A stretch of 64,000 nt of DNA. Source: Mobula hypostoma. Its lineage: Eukaryota. The translations under genes and the position numbers were made by a program. Location: the NCBI RefSeq assembly GCF_963921235.1, contig NC_086097.1, positions 240,004,001 to 240,068,000 on the forward strand, read 5' to 3'. Below are positions 13,815-27,010 of this stretch, piece after piece; the first letter of the stretch is position 1; the number at the start of each line of letters is the position of its first letter. The notes below the pieces were generated by a model that did not search any database, was not told where the DNA came from, and saw only the letters and a program-made list of their open reading frames with translations.

Positions 13815-14515
13815 TTAACTGGTGCGTGGCACATGTAGCAATCCAGAAATTACTACCCTGGAAATCTTGCTTCTCAGCTTTATGCCTACCTCTCTAAATT
13901 CTCTCTTCAGCACCTCTGTGATTTTCCCTCCTATGTTATTTGTACCAATATGTACCAAGACATTTGACTGCTCTCCCTCCCGCTCCAAAACATTGTGGAT
14001 GCAATTTAAGATGTCCCTGACCCTGGCACCCCAGAGGCAACATACCAGATGGGTGTCCCGTTCATGGCCACAGAATCTCCTGTCTGTTCCTCTGAATATT
14101 GAGTCCCTTATCACTACTAGTCCTCCCTACTCCTCTTTCCCTTCTGCATGACAGACCCATGCTCAGTGCCTGTAATCTGGCCTCCATGGCATTCCCCTGG
14201 GAGATCACCTACCACAACAGTATCCAAAACAGTATACTTATTATTTAAGGGAATGGCCACAGAGATGATCTCACCAACTGCCTGTTTGCCTTCCCATTCC
14301 ACCTTCTGACAGTCACCCAGCTACCTGCCTCCTGCAAATTAGGGGTGACTACTTCCCTGCAACTCCGATCGATGATTTCCTCACTCTCCCATACAAGCCA
14401 AAGGTCATCCAACTGCTGCTCCAGATCCCTAACACGGTCTTCAAGGAGCTACAGCTGGATGCACTTCATGCAGATGTAGTTCCCTGGGAGACACTGGGGC
14501 TCCCAGGACTCCAGC
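13815..14515 (-). pseudogene. CR1 ORF1 remnant (Cys-rich/coiled-coil N-terminus plus SGNH-esterase domain)
   Basis: DSIFRGTDRRFCG...GARVRDI...VLVHIGTNNIG (SGNH-type blocks); upstream YICMKC...LEDRVRDLEQQL on the minus strand. Confidence 0.8.
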
Positions 14516-14976
14516 ATGAAGAACACACAATGGCCACTTAAACTACACCAAGTACCACGACATAGTAAGAAAAAAACGAAACTTAACAGAAACTTACCCA
14601 GAGCCAATGCCTGTTCTGAGCAGAAGCCTCCTTTGAGCCAAAACCTGACACTCCCACTATCATCACTGGCCCACTCCCAACAATGGCCGCTCCGCTTGTC
14701 CCTTCTGTACTTTTATTTACTCCTCTCCGCCCTGCTTCTGCCACTGGCTAAATGACACTGAACACCCGTGAACTCTCCTTTTAAATGAGCACTGCCTCTG
14801 CTGTGGACCAATTGTGTGACAGGCATATCATCTTGACATAGGTATTTGCATTGTCCAGGTGATCCAAGGCTGCTTGGAGAATCATTGATATTGCATCTGC
14901 TGTAGATCTAATGTAATAATAGGCAAATTGCACTGGGTCCAGGTCTTTGCTGAGGCAGGAGTTAATACTAGCATAA

Positions 14977-15550
14977 CTTTATACTTTATACTTTATTGTC
15001 GCCAAACAATTGGTACTAGAATGTACAATCATCACAGCGATATTTGATTCTGCGCTTCACACTCCCTGGATTACAAATATTAAATATTAAAAATAGTTAA
15101 AATTAGTAAATATTAACAATTTAAATTATAAATCATAAATAGAAAATAGAAACATGGGAAGTAAGGTAGTGCAAAAAAACCATGAGGCAGGTCCGGATAT
15201 TTGGAGGGTACGGCCCAGATCCGGGTCAGGATCCGTTCAGCAGTCTTATCACAGTTGGAAAGAAGCTGTTCCCAAATCTGGCCCTAGGAGTCTTCAAGCT
15301 CCTGAACTTTCTCCCGGAGGGAAGAGGGACGAAAAGTGTGTTGGCTGAGTGGGTCTTGTCTTTGATTATCCTGGCAGCACTGCTCCGACAGTGTGCAGTG
15401 TAAAGTGAGTCCACGGACGGAAGATTGGTTTGTGTGATGTGCTGCGCCGTGTTCACGATCTTCTGCAGCTTCTTTCGGTCTTGGACAGGACAATTTCCGT
15501 ACCAGGTTGTGATGCACCCCAGAAGAATGCTTTCTACGGTGTATCTACAA
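14977..15550 (-). mobile_element. Young Rex1-type LINE 3' fragment
   Basis: Near-identical to 41800-42320; tail (AAAGTAT)n; ORF 15226..15456. Confidence 0.85.
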
Positions 15551-15854
15551 ATGTAAGTGCTACTGGATGATAGTCGTTAAGCAGCTCACCCTGCTCTTCT
15601 TGGGTACTGGTATAGTTGATGTCCTTTTGAGACTGTTAGGAACTTCTTGACTGTAGCAAGGAAAGATTGAGAATGTCTTTCGACCCCTACGCCAGTTGGT
15701 TAGCACGGGTTTTCAGAGCCTTACCAGGTGCTCAATCATGACCTGGCGCCTTGAGAGGGTTTACACTCTTGAAAGGCTGCCTGAGATCACAGGGTCACCG
15801 GGTGCTGCAGGGATTCGCATAGCTGTAGTTTTATTTTTTACCTGATGATCATAC

Positions 15855-16088
15855 CTAATTTTTTCACACAGAGAGTGGTGGGTGTGAGGAATGCACTGCC
15901 GGCGGCGGTGGTGGAAGCGGATACAATAGGGTCTATTAAGAACCTCTTGGGTAGGTACATGAAGCTTGAAAAAATAGAGGGCTATGCGCTAGGGAAATTC
16001 TAGGCAATCTCTAGAGTAGGTTATATGGTCAGTACAACATTGTGGGCTGAAGGCCTGTAATGTGCTGTAAGTTTCTATGTTCTATGTT
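15855..16088 (+). mobile_element. CR1 3' end fragment
   Basis: FFTQRVV-like coding remnant and ttctatgttctatgttc tail. Confidence 0.7.
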
Positions 16089-16689
16089 CTTTTATTCTTC
16101 CATTCAAAGTGAGCGTAAAAGGCATTGGGGTTGTCTGGGCATGAAGCATCATGGTGTTAGGTTTTGCTTTGTAGGACGTAATGGCCTGCAAACACTGCCA
16201 GAGCTGATAAGCATTCGACTTAGCCTCCAACCTCATTTGGAATTGCCCCTTACCTCTGGAAATAGCCTTCCACAAGTTACACCTGAATGCCACCCAGATC
16301 TAGCCCTCGGCAGACTACAAACCTCCTGGGTATGTACGGTAAGTTCTCAGAGGCTCTCAGTCATCCACAAAGGTTCTAATGTAGTCAGTGACAGCTGACT
16401 GATTCAGACCTGAAGTTGAATCCCTGAATACACTCCAGTATACCGATTCAAAGCAGTCCTGTAAGTGCTCCAGTGCCTCCCTTGTCCACACCTTTTTGCT
16501 TCTCGCTACTGGTACTGCAGTTTTCAGTTTCTGCCTATGCTCAGGGAGTAGGAGTACAGCCAGGTGATCAAACTTTCCAAAGTGTGGATACGGTAGTTCT
16601 TGATGGTGGTGGAACTGTGGTCCAGTGTGTTGGCTCCCCGGTAATACAAGTGACATGTTGGGAATAATTATTTAGAGACTGTTTCCCCA

Positions 16690-17825
16690 CACGGCATTGG
16701 GGGTAAGGTATTGGTGTGGGTGGAGAATTGGTTAGCAGACAGGAAGCAAAGAGTGGGAATAAACGGGACCTTTTCAGAATGGCAGGCGGTGACTAGTGGG
16801 GTACCGCAAGGCTCAGTGCTGGGACCCCAGTTGTTTACAATATATATTAATGACTTGGATGAGGGAATTAAATGCAGCATCTCCAAGTTTGCGGATGACA
16901 CGAAGCTGGGTGGCAGTGTTAGCAGTGAGGAGGATGCTAAGAGGATGCAGGGTGACTTGGATAGGTTGGGTGAGTGGGCAAATTCATGGCAGATGCAATT
17001 TAATGTGGATAAATGTGAAGTTATCCACTTTGGTGGCAAAAATAGGAAAACAGATTATTATCTGAATGGTGGCCGATTAGGAAAAGGGGAGGTGCAACGA
17101 GACCTGGGTGTCATTATACACCAGTCATTGAAAGTGGGCATGCAGGTACAGCAGGCGGTGAAAAAGGCGAATGGTATGCTGGCATTTATAGCGAGAGGAT
17201 TCGAGTACAGGAGCAGGGAGGTACTACTGCAGTTGTACAAGGCCTTGGTGAGACCACACCTGGAGTATTGTGTGCAGTTTTGGTCCCCTAATCTGAGGAA
17301 AGACATCTTTGCCATAGAGGGAGTACAAAGAAGGTTCACCAGATTGATTCCTGGGATGGCAGGACTTTCATATGAAGAAAGACTGGATGAACTGGGCTTG
17401 TACTCGTTGGAATTTAGAAGATTGAGGGGGGATCTGATTGAAACGTATAAGATCCTAAAGGGATTGGACAGGCTAGATGCAGGAAGGTTGTTCCCGATGT
17501 TGGGGAAGTCCAGAACGAGGGGTCACAGTTTGAGGATAGAGGGGAAGCCATTTAGGACCGAGATGAGGAAAAACTTCTTCACACAGAGAGTGGTGAATCT
17601 GTGGAATTCTCTGCCACAGGAAACAGTTGAGGCCAGTTCATTGGCTATATTTAAGAGGGAGTTAGATATGGCCCTTGTGGCTAAAGGGATCAGGGGGTAT
17701 GGAGGGAAGGCTGGGGCGGGGTTCTGAGTTGGATGATCAGCCATGATCATAATAAATGGCGGTGCAGGCTCGAAGGGCTGAATGGCCTACTCCTGCACCT
17801 ATTTTCTATGTTTCTATGTTTCTAT
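16690..17825 (+). mobile_element. Young 5'-truncated CR1 LINE with an intact 338-codon ORF2 C-terminal frame
   Basis: ORF 16711..17727 [38 protein letters not shown] with no stop; (TTTCTATG)n tail; same subfamily as 5113-7759 and 39143-39690. Confidence 0.95.
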
Positions 17826-18689
17826 CTCTCTGTCGACAGGCCAAATGGCCTAATTCTGCTTCTATGTCTTATGGTCTTAGACCATAACTATAATCTTATA
17901 GTTTTGTAGTCTAATTTTAATCTTACGATCTTATTATAAAGCTTCAACACTCAAATATGCACACACAATGACTTCCACCTGACAATAATAATTACAACCA
18001 GTCACAGGGATAGACAAATATGTCAAGGATATGGTCTATTCATTTCATTCCCTTTCTGTAAAGTGCTCTTAGAAATAAATTTATCCTCTCTAACTGTAAG
18101 ATATGGAACTTTCTCTGCAAGGGTCAAATACAGTGCATGTGAGGTGAAGGGTGTTAAAATAGAGAGCACTGATAAATAGGCATGCAGAGTATGTTAGTCA
18201 ATTAGTCTGAAGCTCTTTGCCTTGGTGTGGCTACACATGAAATCCCACTGATTGACATGATATCAGTGTGCACGTGAAACATGACTAGAAAGGGTGGGTG
18301 AGGAGTCGTTGATAACGCTTGAACTAGTCACACCACAGTTTGAATGATGTACAGAGCTAAGGTTACCACACCACAGTTCACAGTTCAAAAGTTCAAAGCA
18401 CATTTATTATCATTGTATACATTATACAACACAGGCAGCCACCGATAAAAAAAAACAAACCCAAAAGAACCCATTAAAAGAAGAACATCAAACACACAAT
18501 GTGCAGAAAGAAAAAAAATGCAAGTAATGAATGCAAGCAAATAGCATTCTGAACTGAAGTCCTGACCACAGACCCATAGCTCAGTGCAGAGTGGAGCAGT
18601 GAGCTAAACTGGCCTGCCCCTCGCCTCCAGTCCTGACACCCTGACTATTTCAAACTGACCCACCGATTGCTTTAGAGAGGCTTCCAAGG

Positions 18690-19352
18690 AGATTAGATTA
18701 GATTATGAAGACACTCAGTCCTTGTTTATTGTCATTTAGAAATTCATGCGTTTAAAAATGATACAACGTTCCTCCAGAGTGATATCACAAGAAAACACAG
18801 GACAAACCAAGACTAAAACTTACAAAACCACATAATTATAACATAGAGTTACAACAGTGCAAAACAATACCATAATTTGATAAAGAGCAGACCATGGGCA
18901 TGGTAAAAAAAGGTCTCAAAGTTCCGTTAGACTCATCATCTCACGCAGTTGGCAGAAAGGAGAAACTCTCCCTGCCATGAATCTCCAAGTGCCGCAAACT
19001 TGCCGATGCAGCACCATTGGAAGCACAGCGGACTCAGAGTCTGTCTGAAAACTTTGAGCCTCCGACCAGCCCCTCCAACACAGCCTCTCCGAGCGCCATC
19101 CTCTGCCGAGCACCTCGACCCCGTCCTGGCCGCCAAGCAACAAGCAAAGCCCAGGACTTGAGGCCTTCCCCTCCGGAGATTCTGGACCACACAGTAGCAG
19201 CAGCAGCGAAGCAGGCCACCAGATGTTCCTCCATGCTCTCACGTCCGTCTCCATCAAATCAGGATTGTGCACAGCACCCTACTTGACAAATAACAGACAT
19301 CACCACCGGAGTGGCCGTTGCGAGCTGTGTAGCGTCGCCATCTTCTCCTCCC
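18690..19352 (-). mobile_element. Non-autonomous ~660-bp retroposon, copy 1
   Basis: End-to-end homology to 27278-27952; 5' GAGGAGAAGATGGCG; 3' AATAAA plus (AATCT)n. Confidence 0.8.
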
Positions 19353-19419
19353 TTTTCATGAGGAAATTGGAAAAAGAGGTAAATTAAAATTACCAAGTGA
19401 GTTTGGATAGGCTGGCACT

Positions 19420-20470
19420 TTTACTTTGGGACAGATATCCATCGGCACAGGCGTACCACAAGGCTGTCTGCTTAGTTCCCTGCTCTATTCGCTTTATATT
19501 ATTGACTGTGAGGCTAAGTGCGGCTCCAATGCCATATTTAAGTTTGCTGATGACACTCCAGTCAGCCGAATCAAAGGTCGTGATGAATCAGCATATTTGA
19601 GGGGGATTGAAAATCTGGCTGAGTGGTGCCACACCAAAAACCTCTTACTCAGTGTCAGGAACTGATTATTGACTTGAGGAGGAGGAAATTGGAGGTCCAC
19701 GAGCCAGTCCTCATTGGAGTATCAGAGCTGGAGAGGGTCCTCAGTGTTATCATTTCAGAGGTTCTGTCCTAGTCCAGCACACAAGTTTATTAGAAGTTTG
19801 AGAAGATTCAGCATGGCATCTAAAACTTTGACAAACTTATCTAGATGTGTTTTGGAGAGTATATTAACTGTTGGCATCATGGCCTGGTATGGAAACACCA
19901 ATGCCCTTGAATGGAAAGGCCAACAAAAAGTAGTGAATACAGCCCAGTCCATCTGCTCAGTAGCGGGGAGTGGTAAAGCCCTCTTTGCCCTTGAGCACAT
20001 CTACACTGAGCGCAGTCACTGCAAAGCAGAAACCTTTGTGAAGGACCCTCACCATCCAGGTGAAGTTATCTTCTTGCTCCTCCCATCAGTAAGAAGGCGC
20101 AGGAGCTTCAGGACCAACACCAGCAGGTTCAGGGACAATTATTGCCCCACAACCATCAGGCTTTTGAAACATAGGGGATAACTTCATTTGCCCCATAACT
20201 GAACTGTTTCCACAATCTCAGGACTCAGTTTCATGGTCTTTTCATCTCATGTTCATGATATTTATTGCTTATTTATTTATTATTATTTCTTTTTCATTTT
20301 TCACAATTTGTTGTCTTCTGCATAATGACAGCTTGTCTATCCTTTTGGGTGCAATCCTTCATTGATTCTATTGTGCTTCTTGTATTAACTATGAGTGCCC
20401 GCAAGAAAATGAATTTCAGGGTTGTACATGGTGATGTATATGGACTTGGATTTATAGTACTTTGAACTTT
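19420..20470 (+). mobile_element. Rex1/Babar-type LINE, decayed RT and 3' end
   Basis: IGTGVPQGCLLS, FKFADD (19426..19665); ORF 19714..20181. Confidence 0.8.
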
Positions 20471-20844
20471 ATTGTTTGACGCGTTATGTGTTCAGAGGAG
20501 CTTCTCTTCTCTTCTGCAAAGAAAGCAGAGGATATAACTTATAACAGTATTAGAACACTTACAACACTTCAGTTATAAATGTATAAAATTGTGAGGGGGC
20601 TAGACAGATTTGAGAAGAACTCATTTTCTTTTGCAGAGTACTAGAAATCAAAAATGATTTATAGAGCTGCAGAAATGACAGTCGAACTGAGCTGGCAAAC
20701 ATCTCAGCAGTTACGAGAAGGAGCAAGAAATATATTTTTAAAAAGACCAAGAAAGAATGTGTAGATTAGAGAGGTATATTAAAACATTCTTATTGCAAGC
20801 ACCAGCAATTTTGGGGATTCCAGTGCTGCAGTATTGCATAAGAT

Positions 20845-21025
20845 AAACACAAGAGATTCTGCAGATGTTGGAAATTTGGAGCAACACACATAAAAAGCTG
20901 GACAAACTCATCAGGTCAGGTTGCATCTGTGATGAACTATCTTTGCACAAAATGTTAACTGGTTGATGCTCTCCATATATGCTACCTGACTTGCTGAATT
21001 CACCCTACATTTTATGTGGGTTGTA
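20845..21025. mobile_element. Old PLE-derived inverted-repeat remnant
   Basis: Minus-strand PLE terminus followed by a plus-strand arm atgctacctgacttgctgaattc. Confidence 0.55.
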
Positions 21026-21464
21026 TTGTATATGATTTTAACCTTCTTACCCCAGGAAGTATGTACTTACTATAGGAGTGATCTGTTTCCAAGAATGGTA
21101 GTTTTTCTATAAGAAAAATGTTGAAATAAAGTCCAACATTTTATAAATAAGGTGGCTCACATTTTTCTAAAGATAGCCAACAGCAAAACATAGGTACGTC
21201 AGGCTGCAGTTCATTGATTACAGCTTGGCTTTCAACACCATCAACCCCTCAGTACCAATCAACAAGCTTCAAAACCTGGGCCTCCGTACCTCCCTCTGCA
21301 ACTGAATCCTCAGCCATGAACACTACCTCATTATTCTTCTTTTGCACTAGTTATTTAGTTATTTATTTACTTGCAACTTGTGATTTTTATGTCTTGCAAC
21401 TGTACTGCTGCTACAAAAAACAAATGTCAAGATGCACGTAAGTCATAATACAGGGATTCAGGTT

Positions 21465-21785
21465 TTAGCTGGTAGAGCTGTCACCAGACAGTTCCAGTGA
21501 CCTGTTCCACCCTGACCCTTGGCTGCTGTCTGTGTGAAGTTGCACATTCCCTGTGAGCACATGGGCTTCTCTGAGGTGATCTGGCTTCCTTTCACATTCC
21601 AAAGCCGTGCAAGTTGGTAGGTAGATTGTCAGCTATAATTGGCCTTTCTGCACAGGTAAGTGGCAAAATCCAAGGGAAGTTCCTGGGAATATGGCGAGAA
21701 TAAAATGAGATTAATATAATCGTGTGATTGGATGGCTAATGTAACTGTGCAGTTGATTAGTTAAAGGTCTGTTTCTATTTTGTTT
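21465..21785 (+). mobile_element. V-SINE (HE1-like), decayed
   Basis: Central V-domain-like gctgtctgtgtgaagttgcacattcc...ttcacattccaaag. Confidence 0.6.
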
Positions 21786-22259
21786 GACGCACGAGTCTGC
21801 TTCATTCCTTCAAGGCTGATTTACTATCCCTTTCAACCCCATCCTTTGGCTGCCTCACCATAACGTCTGACACCTTCAGCAATAAAGAACCTATCAGCCT
21901 TCACTTTTAATATTCCCTCTAATGTGATGAACTGAATACTGTGGCTTTGGGCTACTCTGGGCTGCTCCGTGATTTGGATCTAAGGACTCAGTTTGGTTTG
22001 GAATGCTGTAGTTGTTGTTCCGGGTTTCTTCCCATATTCCAGAGATGTACAAGTTAGAGGGGTTAATTGGTCACATGGGTATAATTGGGCAACATGGGCT
22101 AGTTGGCCCAGAAGGGCCTGTTACTGTGCTGCATCTCTTAAACAAAAATTCACAACTACGCAACTTCTACATTATGCCAACACGCTAATGGTGTCACTGC
22201 TAACCAAAATATTTGAGTAAAATAACTTATTCAAATTTGAATTATTCAAACTATTCTAG

Positions 22260-22885
22260 CCTTTATAAACCAGAGCATTGAGTATAGGAGTTGGGATGTA
22301 ATGTTGAAATTGTACAAGGCATTGGTAAGGCCAAATTTGGAGTATTGCATACAGTTCTGGTCACCAAATTATAGGAAAGATGTCCACAAAATAGAGACAG
22401 TACAGAGAAGATTTATGAGAATGTTACCTGGGTTTCAGCACCTCCAAGTTACCGAGAAAGGTTGAACAAGTTGGGTCTTTATTCTTTGGAATGTAGAAGG
22501 TTGAGGGGGGACTTGATAGAGGTGTTTAAACTTATGAGGGGGATTGATAGAATTGGCGTGGATAGGCTTTTTCCATTGAGAGTGGGGGAGATTCAAACGA
22601 GAGGACATGAGTTGAAAGTTAAAGGGCAAAAGTTTAGGGGTAACATGAGGGCAAACTTCTTTACTGAGAGAGTAGTAGCTGTGTGGAACGAGCTTCCAGC
22701 AGAAGTGGTTGATGCAAGTTCGATGTTGTTGTTTAAAGTTAAATTGGATAGATATATGGACAGGAAAGGAATGGAGGGTTATGGGCTGAGTGCAGGTCGG
22801 TGGGACCAGGTGAGAGTAAGAGTTCGGCACGGACTAGAAGGGCTGAGATGGCCTGTTTCCGTGCTGTAATTGTTATACGGTTAAA
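22260..22885 (+). mobile_element. CR1 3' fragment
   Basis: Near-identical to 8258-8875; ORF 22462..22869. Confidence 0.9.
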
Positions 22886-23049
22886 CTATGAGAACTTATG
22901 TTTGCAGTCAATCGTGAATTCAACATTGAGAGTGTTATATAAAAAAGTAACTTACTAAATGCAATGAGGTTGAAATCTTTCCACAATATTACAGAAAGAG
23001 ATTCCCTTCACCTTACAGATTTTTGACTCAATTACCATTGATAGTTGGA

Positions 23050-23312
23050 GTATTTATTTATTGAGACTCAGCGTGGAACATGCTCTTCCAGCACTTTGAG
23101 CCACACCGCACAGCAAACCCTTATTTAACTGTAGCCAAATCATGGGGCAATATTCAAAGACCAATTAATATACCAACTGGTAGATCTTTGGAATGTGGGA
23201 AGAAACACATGCGGTAACGAGGAGAGCCTACAAACTCCTTATAGACAGCGGTGGGAATTGAACTCGAGTTGCTGGTACTGGGAAGTGTTGTGCTAACCAC
23301 AACACAACCATA
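23050..23312 (-). mobile_element. V-SINE (HE1-like)
   Basis: Reverse complement of the 60880-61145 type; B-box-like GAGTTCAATTCC and V-domain. Confidence 0.65.
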
Positions 23313-24014
23313 CTGTGATTCTATCAAAAGATTCAGAAATGATTATCTTGTCATCTATCGAGGAGGATGCTAGGGTCAAAGGCACTGCACAAGCCTGTTT
23401 TATCCTGTCTGTGTTTAATGACCAGCATGAACCTTTGCGAGCTATCTACTTTTCATAATTTCTAAGCAATTAAGTTGCCACATCTGTGGCCATATCCTCC
23501 AACAGTGGGCTGGATGATCCAGCTAACAGCTCAGGAACAATTACAGAGATGTCTTCCTTGCAGGGTAGAGCACTGCTCAGCCACACTGAGAAGGACTCAG
23601 GAGAGAATGTTATCAAAACGAGGTAATTGCCTCCAGCTGTCCCTGTAAAACTACAATAAATTGAACTAATCTCTGAACATTTAAATGCAAACTGTACTCC
23701 AGAAGGTAACAGTTTGTTTTCAACAGTGGGGGAAAGTGTGCAATCTGGAGAGTGACTTACATAGTGGTAGTGACAAGTCTTAGTCAATACTGCTGATGGT
23801 CTGCAAGGTTAAACATTGGCTCCAAAACAAAATACTGAAATACACAATTCTCAGAATGTTCCAATTAATTTTTAATCATTGTACCAGAGTTTTCAGTGTG
23901 TAGATAGTTTACCAAGAACTCAGAAAATTTGTTCCAAGTCAAATGAAGTCCAGATAAGAATAAGTTTTAAAAAACTCATTCCTGGAGTCAATCTTGATAG
24001 TGTTCTCGTCAGCA

Positions 24015-25205
24015 TAGTTTCCTTAAGGGAAAGTCTTGCCTGACGAATCTGTTGGAATTCTTTGAGGAGATTACAAGTAGGATAGATAAAAGGTGATGTT
24101 GTATATTTGGACTTTCAGGAGGCCTTTAAACAAGGTGCCGTACATGAGGCTGCTTACCAAATTAAGAGCCCATGGTATTGCAGGAAATTTACTGACATGG
24201 TTAGAGCATTGGCTGATTGGTAGGAGGCAGCAACTGGGAACAAAAGGATCCTTGTCTGGTTGGCTGCCAGTGACTAATTGTGTTTTGCAGGGTCAGTGTT
24301 GGGACTGCTTTTATGCTGCATATCAGTGACTTAGATGATGGAATAGATGGCTATGTTAACAAGTTTGCAGTTAATACAAAGATTGGTGGAGGGGCAGTTA
24401 GTGTTGAGGAAACAGGAAGACTGTGGAAGGACTTGGACGGATTAGGAGAATGGCAAATGAAATACAATGTTGGAAAATGTATGGTCATGCACATTGATAA
24501 TAGAAATAAATGTGCAGACTATTTTCTAAATGGAGAGAAGATCCAAAAATCTAAGATGCACAGGGACCTGCAGGTTGAGTCGGTGGTGAGGAAGGCAAAT
24601 GCAATGTTAGCATTCATTTCAAGAGGTTTTGAATGCAAGAGTAGGGATGTGATGTTGAGGCTTTATAAGGCATTGCTGAGACCTTACTTTGAGTATTACG
24701 AACAGATTTGGGCTCCTCATCTAAGAAAAGATGTGCTGGCATTGGAGGGTTCAGAGGTGGTTCACAAGGATGACTCTGAGGAACATTTGATGGCTCTGCG
24801 TCTGTACTCCCTGGAATTTAGAAAGTTGAAGGGGGATCTCAATGAAACGTTTTGAATGTTGAAAGGCCGAGATAGAATAGATGTGTAAAGGATGTTTCCC
24901 ATGGTGGGAGAGTATAGGACAAGAGGGCACAGCCTCAGGATAGAGGGGCGCCTTTTCGAAACTGATGCGGAAAAACTTCTTTAAACCAAGGGTGGTGAAT
25001 CTGTGTGATTTGTTACCAGAGGCAGCTGTGGAGGCCAGGTTGTTGGGTGTATTTAAGCAGAGATTGATAGGTTCTTGATTGGACACAGCATTAAAGGTTA
25101 TGGGGCGAAGGCTGGGGAAGGGGGTGAGGAGGGGAGAAAAGGATCAGTCATGATTGAATGGTGGAGCAGACTCGATGGGCAAATGGTCTAATTCTGCTCC
25201 TATGT
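24015..25205 (+). mobile_element. CR1 RT and 3' end, decayed
   Basis: [14 protein letters not shown] at ~24027; ORFs 24093..24329 and 24280..24855. Confidence 0.85.
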
Positions 25206-25329
25206 TTCATCTTCCTTGCATTTCTGCATCAGTATCAGCAGCAACATTTTTAACTATCCACCTTTAGAGGCTAATTCCTTTAAGATACAGTTTCTTAATC
25301 AGTACATAGAGATTCCAACTAGATAGAGT

Positions 25330-25625
25330 GTGATAGAGTTACAGAAAATTATAGCACAGAAACAGGCCCTTCGGTCCATCTAGTCCATGCTGAAACAATT
25401 TAAATTGCCTACTCAAATCAAGCTGCTCTGGCACATAGCCCTCCACACCCTATCATCCATGTACCTATCCAAACTTCTCTTAAATGTTACAATCAAGCTC
25501 ACACTCACCACTTGCGCTAGCAGCTCATTTCACACTCTCATGATCCTCCAATTGAAGAAGTTTCCCCTCATGTTCTCCTTAAACTTTTCCCATTTCACCT
25601 GTAACCCATGAACTCTAGTTGCATT
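25330..25625 (-). mobile_element. CR1 3' end fragment
   Basis: CR1-type 3' UTR (acagaaacaggcccttcggtcc) and terminal ORF2 remnant. Confidence 0.6.
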
Positions 25626-26264
25626 CCACCAAGTCTCCTATAAGGGAATGAGATAGGGTAGGTGACAGAAGTTTGTGTATGGGAACACTTTTCATCTAGT
25701 GATCATAATACCATTATTTTCAAGGTAATTATTGAAAAGTTTACGTCTGAGTCCTTGGGTTGAGATTCTCAATTGGAGAAAGGCCAATTTTGATGGTATT
25801 AGAAAGGATCTAGCAAGGGTAGATTGGGACAGGTTGTTTTCTGGCACTTGGGAAGTGGGAGACTTCCAAAAAAGAAATTTTGAAGGGTAGGTTAGTATGT
25901 CCCTATCAAAATAAAAGGAACTTTAAGAGATAGTGAGACCCTAGTTAAGAGAAAAGAGTTGCATAACAGATATAGGCAGGAAAGTTTCAGATGAGTTACT
26001 GTTGGAGTACAAGAAATGCAAGAGAACACTTAAGAAGGAAATCAGGAGGGCTAAAGGAAGACATGAGGTTGCTGTAGTACAGGAGTTCCCAAACTTTTAA
26101 TGCCATGGACCAATACTGATAAACAATAATTCCTTGAAGGTAGCACCACAGGTAGAGGTTGTAAAAAATGCTGTTGGTACATTGGCCTTCACCGATCAAA
26201 GCACTGATTTCAGGAGTTGGGATGTTATGTTGAAGTTGAATAAGATAAAGGTGAGGCCTTAAGT

Positions 26265-27010
26265 TATAAGACCATAAGACATTGGAGCAGAATTAGGCCA
26301 TTCAGCCCATCCAGACTGCTTCGCCATTCCATCATGGCTGATCCCGGATTCCACTCAACCCCATACACCTGCCTTCTCACCATATCCTTTGATGCCATGA
26401 CTGATCAGGAAACTATCAAATTCTGCTTTAAATATACGCACGGACTTGGCCTCCACCGCAGTCTGTGGCAGAGCATTCTACAGATTCTCCACACTCTGGC
26501 CAAGAAAATTGCTCGTTACCTCTGGTTTAAAAGTTCACCCCTCAATTTTGATGCTGTGCCCTCTAATTCTGGATATCCCCAGCATAGGAAACATCCTCTT
26601 CACATCCACCTTATCTCCTCCTTTCAACATTCAGTAGGTTTCACTGAGAACCCCCCCCCCCCGCATTCTCCTAAATTCCAGTGAGTACAGGCCCAAAGCT
26701 GCGAAATGCTCCTCATGTTAACCCCTTCACTCCCAGAGTCATGCTCATGAACTTCCTCTGGACTCACATCCTTTCTGAGATATGGGACCCAAAACAGTTG
26801 AAAATACTCCAAGTGCAGCCTGACCAGTGTCTTATAAAGGCTCGGCGTTATCTCCTTGATTTTATATTCTACTCTCCTTGAAATAAATGCCAATATTGCA
26901 TTTGCCTTCTTTACCACAGACTCGATCTGTAAATTAATCTTCTGGGAATCTTGCACAAAGATTCTTATGTCCCTTTGCATCTCTGATGGTTGAATTTTCT
27001 CCCGATTCAC
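26265..27010 (-). mobile_element. CR1 3' fragment
   Basis: ORF 26624..27010 VVKKANAILAFISR...LYKTLVRLHLEY; tcttatggtcttat tail. Confidence 0.85.

Larger units (their letters stand above)
9673..14720 (-). mobile_element. Near full-length decayed CR1 LINE (ORF1 + ORF2 + 3' UTR), interrupted by Rex1 at 10949-11899
   Basis: ORF2 fragments 12654..12917, 11781..12158 (N-terminal part) and 9764..10186; ORF1 esterase remnant upstream; CR1 3' end at ~9673. Confidence 0.88.
14810..16660 (-). mobile_element. Old fragmented Rex1/Babar-type LINE, host to later insertions
   Basis: ORF 16357..16656 PHFGKFDHLAVLLLP...QDCFESVYWSVF; further RT-region fragments at 15560-15835 and 14810-14975. Confidence 0.65.

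Noticed and set aside
16711..17727. 338-aa ORF as a host gene
   Set aside because: It is the CR1 ORF2 C-terminal half, starts at a 5' truncation and has several paralogs in the window
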